64,000 bases of DNA from Chrysomallon squamiferum (lineage: Eukaryota > Animalia > Mollusca): the NCBI GenBank assembly GCA_012295275.1, contig CM022679.1, positions 13,578,001 to 13,642,000 on the forward strand, written 5' to 3'. Each line of letters opens with the position of its first letter. Positions within the stretch are counted from its first letter, which is position 1. Below, one piece after another: positions 55,029-64,000 of this stretch. A program made the position numbers and the translations under genes. The notes under the pieces are model-generated. The model had not been told where the DNA came from. It was given only the letters and a program-made list of their open reading frames with translations, and searched no databases.

Positions 55029-55191
55029 ATGACACATGGAACAATGTTTAGATGTGGCCACGATGTATGTGATGAGATAGAACAGTACTGTGTACCTGAA
55101 GACAACACGTGCTATTACTGCAAAGACATCAGTGATTTGTGCTTCACAAAGCGTTTGAATTTCCCTAAACAGTGTGCTCGTTTCTGTAAAG
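55029..55191 (+). CDS. TNFR-like receptor copy D, Cys-rich-domain exon
   Basis: Acceptor ends at 55009, ATG at 55029, donor G|gtagg. MTHGTMFRCGHDVCDEIEQYCVPEDNTCYYCKDISDLCFTKRLNFPKQCARFCK. Confidence 0.85.
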
Positions 55192-56267
55192 GTAGGTAGA
55201 TGTGTATGTATGTATGTGTTTGTGTTTGTGTTTGTGTTTAGTTGTATGTATGTGTGTGTGTGTAGTTGTGTGTATGTCTGTGTGTAAGTTCGAATGTGTG
55301 TATGTGTCCTTTTTGTGTTAGTATCCGCATGTATGTTTTTGAATATTTGTGCATGAATGTTTTAAAGGTTTTTCTGTTAAAAATATTTTTGCTATTTGTA
55401 TGTTTTTTAAAATGTTTCTATAAACAAACAGTCTTTCTAGGCTAGATGATACTATATTTTATAACACTACTGTCACAATTTTTTATGTGTTTTATTATTT
55501 GACAAATAAATAAATAAATAAACAGATAAAACCAGAAAAAAACAAATAAACAAACAAATAAATAAATAAATAAATTTGTTTGTATCTTTGTGTGTAAACA
55601 TGTGATACATGTATGTATGCATGTTTACAAGTTTTTATTTTTAATCTCATTTTTATGTGTAATATGTATTTTTTCTATGTATGTCTGTGTGTTATATTTG
55701 TTTTTAAAATTCCACACTCCTGGAAAATCAAACATTTTAATTTTATGTTTAGGGATTTTATTGATTTAAATTTGATCAAAAAATTATATAATGTTTTTGT
55801 ATATATCATCTATATATATGTTGATGTGTGTGTGTGTTTATGTGTTTTATATATGTTATAAAGTTTATGTGGATATATGTATTTATATTTATGTGTGTAT
55901 GTATGTGTATGTATGTATATATATATGTATGTGTGTATCTAGGTATATTTGTGTGTGTATGTGTGTGTGTTTAAGAATTAAAAAACTCAGTGGCACAGTA
56001 ATGTTTTTATTAAAAACAAATTATTTTCTAATTTTATCTCTAGGGATTTAAGTTGATTTAGAGTTGACCACTGTAATGTATATTACAGTGTGCTTTGGTC
56101 ATTTGACTATATATTTATGCACGAGTATGCGTGTGTGCGTGTGTGTGTGTTGTATTAGTTATAAAATATCTAATATTTGTATGTTTTAAAATGTTTCTAG
56201 GCTAGATGATGCTTTATTTTATAACATTACTATAACATTTTTTTATTATGTCTTTCTATTTGCGAAA

Positions 56268-56298
<31 letters not shown>

Positions 56299-56979
56299 AC
56301 AGACAAATAAATACATAAATAAATAAATAAATAAATAGACACAGATTTTCACATAATTACAGCTTTTGTGTATTTTATCTCAATTTACAATCAGAGAAAG
56401 GTAAATGTTATTATTATTACAGCGAGAAAATAATAAACATTTGTATCTTTGTGTGTGTGTGTGCGCGCGTGTGACTGAATATATGTATTTGTCATTGTTT
56501 GTATATCAGGATATATATGTATGTATGTATGTATGTTTGTATGTATTATGGCAGTGTATATATATGTATGTTTGTAGGTATGTGTATTTGTATATATGTT
56601 GCTGTGTTTATGTATTTATGTATGTATGTTTGTATATATATGTATGTATGTATGTGTGTATATTTTACATTTTGGGTTATAACATTTTGGGTTTTGGTTT
56701 CATTTTGTACAGAGTAACAACTTTTTTTGTGCTTATTTTATCAGATTATATTTGTCTTTGTTTTTGTTTCAGTATTCCTTGGTAATCAGATAACGAAAGG
56801 TAAGGCTTATTATTATTAGAGCTATAAAATAATAAATGTTTTGTGTGTATATCTGTGTATCAATGTATGTTTATGTGGATAATGTATGTACGTATGTATG
56901 TAGTTTGCTTGATAAAAATGGCTAAATTTATACTTTTTTCTAAAGGTGATGTTACAAAGTTACTTTGATTGTATTTCAG

Positions 56980-57168
56980 ATCTTCCACAACATAACGAAA
57001 TCCTTTATATAGCACTTGTCATAGCATGTCTAATAGCAGTAGTAGTATTATCAGCTGCAGCTGTACTGGTTTTCCTAAAATGGAGAAGACTGAGTAAGAA
57101 CAAACATGAACACGATGTTGAAAAAGTTGAAGAACAAACAGAACTAATGAAAAAAGAAAAAACAGCAG
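56980..57168 (+). CDS. TNFR-like copy D, transmembrane exon
   Basis: atttcag|...CAG|gtgagt, 189 nt, phase 1-1. DLPQHNEILYIALVIACLIAVVVLSAAAVLVFLKWRRL...EKTA. Confidence 0.88.
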
Positions 57169-58554
57169 GTGAGTTATACATCTATTTTTCCAGTTATCAA
57201 AGTCTGAAAACACACTTACACACACACACCCGCACAAACACATACACACAGACACACAACACTGCATATGTTTCAATTCAGATTAATTTTCAGTTCTGTC
57301 AAAAATACATAAATTTGTTTTTACGTGCCAGTCAATAGTCTAAATGCACTGTGTATTCTTTCAATATTTTATTTGTTTCTTCTAACCACTTTTTGCTAAT
57401 AATAAAGAATGGATGCTGTTGTTGCAGAAGTAACATACGAACTCTGACATCTCCTTGCTTTCTAAATGTCTGTATGACTGGATATCTACCTGTGTGTGTG
57501 TGTGTGTGTGTGGAGAGAGATATATATTGCGACGTTATGAAAATGATTGTGTCTATTTATAAGATTTCCCAAATGTTTGAGTCTATTGTATGATTTCCTA
57601 TTACTCACTTTTTGTATTTAAATGTATGCAATGAATGTTGCTGCTTTTTTATTACCAGTTGTAGTCTGTCATTGTTTGACTGTGACAGGCATCGTTGAAA
57701 AATAGCTTGATCCTATTAGCATGTTAATTTTTTCACTCTCTCACTCACTCATGCATGCATCGCTCACTGTCTCATCCATTCACTTAGTCACTTGCTCATG
57801 CATATATATATACACACATGTACAGATACATACATTAATGCACGAAATAATAATTATTTAATCGTATTGGTCTTATCCATACAAACAACCTTTAAAGTAT
57901 GAGTCAATGCTAATTTGGATATAGCCAAATCGTTTTCTGACAACTTATAACAAATCAGTCCTCGTCAAACAAAATGATGTCATCATCACTGATGCAAATA
58001 AAGAGCGAAAATTACAATACTCATCCAGTTTCTTGATGTTACATTTTTACTGTCATACTTTATCATTAGCAAAGACTAGTTGTCACTTATTTAAAAAAAA
58101 AAAAAAAAATGCATTTTTACCATTTGTTCATACTGTCAAAGAAGAGGTCTACATTAAGGTCAAATTGAAGATCATTATTGTTAATTTGAACAAACAAAAT
58201 TTGTTTGTGTAAAATGTTTTCTTTAATGTCTTGCTGTGTCGTTGCAGTAACAGCATTAATTTTTGTTCAGTTTATAACAACTTCTGACTTAAGCTATTAC
58301 GTGTTTTTCAGAGTAATTATGGCAATAATATTAATGCCGTCTAAAAATTTGTAGATGAAATATAATTTGTATATGTTGTACATTGAAAAAGAAATTTCTG
58401 AGTAGTAGATTTATATATTTTTAACAATGCTTATTTCATTTTCTTTTTTATTATTGTATTTATTATTTGTTTGTTTGCTTTTTTGTTTTTTCTCATGGAG
58501 TTATATTAAGTGACTAATAAAAGATATGAGTATATTCAGTTTTAATTTTTCTAG

Positions 58555-58931
58555 AGAACAAGATCGTATTGCAGAACGTGTGTGCTGAATCACAGATAGA
58601 GGCAGGAGATGGAGCTGGGGACACAGATAAAACAACTTTGTGTCAGGCAGTTTCCAACGGGGATATCCACAGCAGCAGTGATGCAAAAGAAGGAGAGGAT
58701 GTCGATGCTAATAGAAGTTCTAGAAGTGTGTTGTATCAGGTAATAAGTGAAACATATCAAGATCATCCTGTTTCCAGAAACAGAAAAAGAAACACTGATG
58801 ATGATACAGTGATTATCATACATAATAAGAACAAATGTATTCCAATTGGATCTGATCATCATATTGAACTGAAACCAGTCATTCGAGCCGAAGATAAAGA
58901 GAACGGAGTAAAGACTGAAAAACTTCATTAA
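58555..58931 (+). CDS. TNFR-like copy D, full terminal cytoplasmic exon (spliced protein 242 aa)
   Basis: Acceptor tttttctag, phase 1, open to TAA; 163+189+377 = 729 nt in frame. Confidence 0.82.
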
Positions 58932-60101
58932 TAAATCCTAATTTAATTATTTTATTTTATTTTAAAAACGAAACTTTTTTATTTTATTTATTTATTTTAT
59001 TTGTTTATTTATTTATTTCATTTTATTTATTTATTTATTTTATTTATTTATTTGTTTGTTTTTATTTATTTTACTTATTTTATTTATTCAATAATTTAAT
59101 TTTTAATTTTATTCATTTTTTGTTTTTTTAATTTGTTTATATATTTATTTTATTTTATTTTATTTTATTTATTTATTTTATTTTATTTAATTTAATATTT
59201 ATTTCATTTTATTTATTATTTATTTATTTTATTTATTTATTTGTTTGTTCACTTATTTATGTTTTTATTTTTATTTATTCAGTAATTTAATTTTTAATAA
59301 TGCTGTTTTTTATTTTATTTCAATTTGTTTACATAATTGTTTTATTTATTTTATTTATTTATTTATTTTATTTATTTATTTATTTGTTTATTTATTTATT
59401 TATTTATTATTTTATTTATTTATTTATTATTTTATTTAATATTTATTTCATTTTATTTCATTTTAATTGTTATTTATTTACTTTATTTATTTTCCTGTTT
59501 ACTTATTTATTTTATTTTATTTTTATTTATTCAATAATTTAATTGTTAATTTTATTTCAATTTTTAAATATTTATTTCATTTATTTTTTATTAATTTAAT
59601 TTTATTTTATTTATTTTATATTTATTTAATTTTATTTCATTTTATTTATTTATTAATTTTATTTAATTTAATTTTATTATATATTTATTTATTTATTAAT
59701 TTAATTTTTAATTTAATTTTATTCATTCATTCATTTAAGCTTGTGTTTATTGAAGTTTAGTTTTGTTTTCAATAGTGTAAACAAACCATATTAAAATAAT
59801 CTCCTTTTGTAACTACTTTTCTTTTGATTTTATTATGTTGATATATGTTTGCTTCGATATCATGTTTCTATTTCGGACTGTTTACTTAATCTAATAGATT
59901 ATTTTACAGGATAGATTATTGTAAAACTAAAAAACTCATTCAGATGAATAATATTTGCGAACGTCAGAACACAAAGAAACTTAATAAGTTAGATGATGTC
60001 ACCATTTGATATAGAGTATGTTATTTATGGAGGTTAGAAGTATGCTTTGTTTTACTACATAATGTGTCTGACTTATTTGTTTAAGATTATTTTATAATGT
60101 A

Positions 60102-60312
60102 TTGGTTTGAGGAATAGCTCATGGGGGTTAAATTTAATTTAATCATTACACAGAAGAAAACTTAAGCTTAATTGATAACAAGATGTAATTTAACCAATAA
60201 CGTAATATCTGTTGTTATTTACCACTTCTTCCCAACATTCAACAAGTTTTTCGATGAAATCGATCAAAATTTGAATCAATTATGAACCGCAATGACTTAT
60301 TCCTCAACCCAA
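60102..60312. mobile_element. Mariner-type MITE
   Basis: TA|ttggtttgaggaatagctcat ... atgacttattcctcaacccaa|TA; empty site ataatgTAcatgaatac at ~22075, 23570 and 42280. Confidence 0.88.
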
Positions 60313-60694
60313 TACATGAATACTGAATGTGTAGTACAATTATTTAGTTAATGAACCAAATATGCAAAATTACAAGTTAACAATGTCGAAAGCCAAATAG
60401 TAAAAATATATAAACAAAGATAAATTCAATACAAAACGAAAAAAAAAGAGTATATCTTGGATGAATAATATTTGCCAAAGTCAAACCAATTTATTTATTT
60501 TATTTTATTTTATTTATTTCATTATGGTAAAAAAAAAAAAAAAAAACATATAGAGTAGTTAACATATGATATGTAACAAACCATACCATAAAATATTTTC
60601 TTCTTTCTTCTTCACTAGCTACAGATAACTAGGGTTTTATTTTTTATTTATTATTATTTTAATGAGAGGTAATTATATAAATTGCAATACCCAC

Positions 60695-60807
60695 CTCCTT
60701 TAAATGGAACAAGGGCACATTTAGAAATTTCCCTGATAGACTTCAGTTCCATACATTTTTTCTTGTTTTTCCTACTTCAGTACAGTGTCCATAACAATGG
60801 CTGCAAG
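60695..60807 (-). pseudogene. Frameshifted copy of the antisense Cys-rich module exon
   Basis: 113 nt; same 4-nt deletion as 9044-9156. Confidence 0.6.
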
Positions 60808-63102
60808 CTGATAGAACAACAGTAGAATTAACTTAGTATTAACATATTTGATTATTGTAGACATATTAGTTTTGTTTGTGGTATATGTGTAACTATTATA
60901 GACATATTAATACTTTGTTTTGAAGTGTTTGGCTTTATCAGTATGTAACGTATGTTTCAGTAATAATTATGTCGAGGGTTCACTGTAACAGTGTACATGA
61001 ATTCATTAGAAAAACATGGGGAGAAATCTTCTTGGATCCGAATGAGATCACAAATATTATTTTACACCGGCACCATCTAAATTAAGTTTGTATGATGATA
61101 TCATCAGATACCAGTGAAACAGACAAGATTAAATCCTCGCCAGACTATCCTTGGTCTACCCCATGGTGTAAAATAGCTCTTTATATTCCATGGAATGTTT
61201 TGGCTTACAGATTATACCCGATCATACGCTCTTATGTTATTCATAAGTTGGTCTGTGTTTAAATGTTCTTTACAAGATAACATGAATGACACGATACAGT
61301 CAGTTTAAACCACACACAATTCACATAAGATCTTGAGAATGACTCGGATCACTTCAGAGATGTAATGAGGGTTTAGATATAATTATAGGTTTCTTAGATC
61401 ATTTATCAATAAACAAAAAAATAAAAAAATGGGTTAGATCATTTATTTGCTAAATCACCATATCCATTTGCACTGAATGAAAAGCTCAGTAAAACAAATA
61501 AAAATAATACATGTAAATGTTCGGAAGATTTCATAAAATGTCTGTCTGATCAATACTTTGTTATAATTTGTAACATAATTTTAATTCTTGAAGTGTAGAA
61601 AGATCTTGAACTTTCAGAATATTTAGCTTTTTTATAAATTGGTTCTGTTGAAGTAGCCAGAATATATTCTAGGCGTAAACAGTCTAGTACTCTTTAACCC
61701 CAGGGATAGTTTGGACAGGGGGTATTTATCCTGGGCTGTTACACAACTAAAGTACATCAAAAGAACAAAAACTTGATATATTTAATTCTTCTTTTGTGAT
61801 ATAGTTCATGTTTTGTATTGCTGTTGTTATTTTTGTAATAATTGTGATAGTGTTAGTGTTTGCTTTACTTTGTCAGCTTTAGGTTTTTCTAATTATAATC
61901 AATAAAGTTTGAATAGTTTATTATTTGTTATTATTGCTTGTTATTGTTCCTTTTGTTGTTGTTATTGTCGTTATTATTAGTATTTGTTGTTGTTGTTGCA
62001 CAATGTGTAGGGTAGCGTTTAGCGCTTAACCCTTTCACTCCTAGACTTTAAGCATGATAAAGATATCAAAGTTCGCTTAACATTTTATTTAGTTTACTTT
62101 TAAATGGGCTGGGTACCGACGAGACAAATTTAATGTTCAGTGAACAGATTACTTATTGTCCTTATTTCACTGTCATGGATTATGAGACATTACGCACTAT
62201 TAAAAAAATCAATTACATCAGACAAACACACCTTAAACAAAACCATAACAATAAATAAACAAATTAATTCACTTACAGATTGACTGGTTGAACAGCTGAT
62301 TGAACTACCGATGGATCTGCTGATTGACGAATTAATTGACCAGCTGATTAAATTAATCAAAAAAAAAAAATAATAATAATAATAATAACAATAATAAAAA
62401 ATTAATAATAAAAAAAACCTACTTTCAGACTAAAGGACCTGATACTAACCAGGTTATCGGATCTTAACAACTTTCTTATTCTTATTCTTTTCAGGTGTAC
62501 AGCTAAACTTATCGTTTCAGGCTTGAAAAAGAGGAAATAAAAATTAAACAACGTAACATAGGTCAAATGAAAGTTTGCCTACACTTGTAGATACATTCAG
62601 CGCAAATTGACTACTACTGTCTTTAATTACTGATGTTGTTCACGTGTATGTAATATTTTTTGAAACTGCCCAAAATTAAAAATTAAAGAAATTTGGGATA
62701 TGTTGGATGATAAAGAAACAGCCAGCAATGAGATGAAAATGTCAAGAGCGCCCAAGAACTGAACAGCAAATAGGACCTGACCGTCACGAATCTCGTTATG
62801 AAAAGAACAAACTGGACGAAAACAACAATATCGAGTTCGTTACGATTCCATCTGCTCGACTCTCTCTTTTGTCCTTTCTCTTTCCTTCCCCAAACACTTT
62901 TCTGCGACACACACGCCCTCTGGCCTGTCAGAAAGCGGGGCTGTCGTAGGCGTCCTTCACAACAGCTTGCTCTGATTAGCACGTTAATTGTTTTTCAGTC
63001 TGTAATTAAGCAGAGAAGGAGAAGGCCAACACGAGAGCACAGTCAGGCGGGGAAACCAATGTTTCTGAAATTACATTGTCTTCACGGACGACTATGCTAA
63101 GC

Positions 63103-63417
63103 AATTGTCTATACTTATTTTGATAGGGTGTAACGTGCAGTTAACCTGTGTCAACAACATTTACTATACCTAAAATTTTAATTGTCTATTCTTATTTTGG
63201 TAGGGTTTAATGTGCAGTTAACCTGTGTCAACAACATTTACTATACCTAAAATTTTAATTGTCTATTCTTATTTTGGTAGGGTTTAATGTGCAGTTAACC
63301 TGTGTCAACAACATTTACTATACCTAAAATTTTAATTGTTTATTCTTATTTTGGTAGGGTGTAATGTGCAGTTAACCTGTGTCAACAACATTTATTATAC
63401 CTAAAATTTTAATTGTT
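63103..63417. repeat. 77-bp tandem repeat, 4 units
   Basis: Units start at 63103, 63180, 63257 and 63334; single unit at paralogous 11431-11510. Confidence 0.92.
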
Positions 63418-64000
63418 TATTCTGTCCTCCGTGTAGATTCTTATTTTATCTTTGTTCCCCGTATGGCCTTACTTGTGTTATTAAACAAAATTACTTAAAT
63501 ATATGTTGTATTGATTACATAGAGTATTATTATTAAGTCACCTCTAGATTATAATTAAATAATTAACTTGTATCTTAACTGGTGTTGTGTTTATTTCTCT
63601 TGTGGATAGATAGACTTATTGATTTATATAGACTGCTGTCAAATTAGCGTTTAAATTCCTTGTTAAGTGGCCATTAAAGAACCTTGTTACCCTTAATGTA
63701 ACATCTAAGATGTTTAATGTTTTATATACATACATAAATATTTACATACATATATACATACATACATATTTATTTTTTGTTTCTGTGAATGTTTTATATA
63801 GTCTAAGCTTCTTAAAATATATGCAGATAATTATAGTTGTTTTTAAATTTTATTATTATTTCATGTATATATATAGATATAAAGTTACGAGTCAAGTCTT
63901 AATATTTGTGACATTTTCTATATTTTCGAAAGAAATTTAAAAAAAATATTTAAAAGTAATAAAAATAAATAAATAATATTAATAATATAAAATAAAATAA

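Noticed and set aside
59245-59760. Hydrophobic F/I/L/Y ORFs resembling membrane or mitochondrial proteins (also 21071-21428 and 39502-39828)
   Set aside because: Low-complexity (TTTA)n sequence, not a NUMT or gene.

Overview
Very AT-rich, microsatellite-laden, intron-containing animal DNA, probably molluscan/gastropod judging from the SINE families (inference from memory). Almost all ORFs in the supplied track are simple-repeat artefacts. Manual splicing on the + strand reveals a tandem array of four paralogues (A ~4.1-8.4 kb, B ~17.1-20.3 kb, C ~34.6-39.5 kb, D ~55.0-58.9 kb) of a three-coding-exon gene joined by phase-1 introns. Each encodes a single 8-Cys domain (C-x4/5-C-x6-C-x6-C-x2-C-x6-C-x10-C-x3-C; 7 Cys in C), one transmembrane helix and a cytoplasmic tail, with no visible signal peptide. 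The Cys spacing resembles the single-CRD TNF receptors (Drosophila Grindelwald; TACI/BCMA). The copies differ strongly in the ectodomain and in tail structure: lost splice donor, microsatellite read-through, a duplicated TM exon, and presence or absence of a PxExxE TRAF6-type motif. Positions 1-12.1 kb recur at 50.5-64 kb as a mosaic segmental duplication. The - strand carries symmetric phase-1 Cys-rich module exons and an orphan first coding exon of a prolyl 4-hydroxylase alpha subunit. The rest is a patchwork AT-rich repeat plus SINEs, Tigger, hAT/Buster and THAP remnants and several MITEs whose empty sites are visible in paralogous copies. All homology calls are by eye, without database searches.
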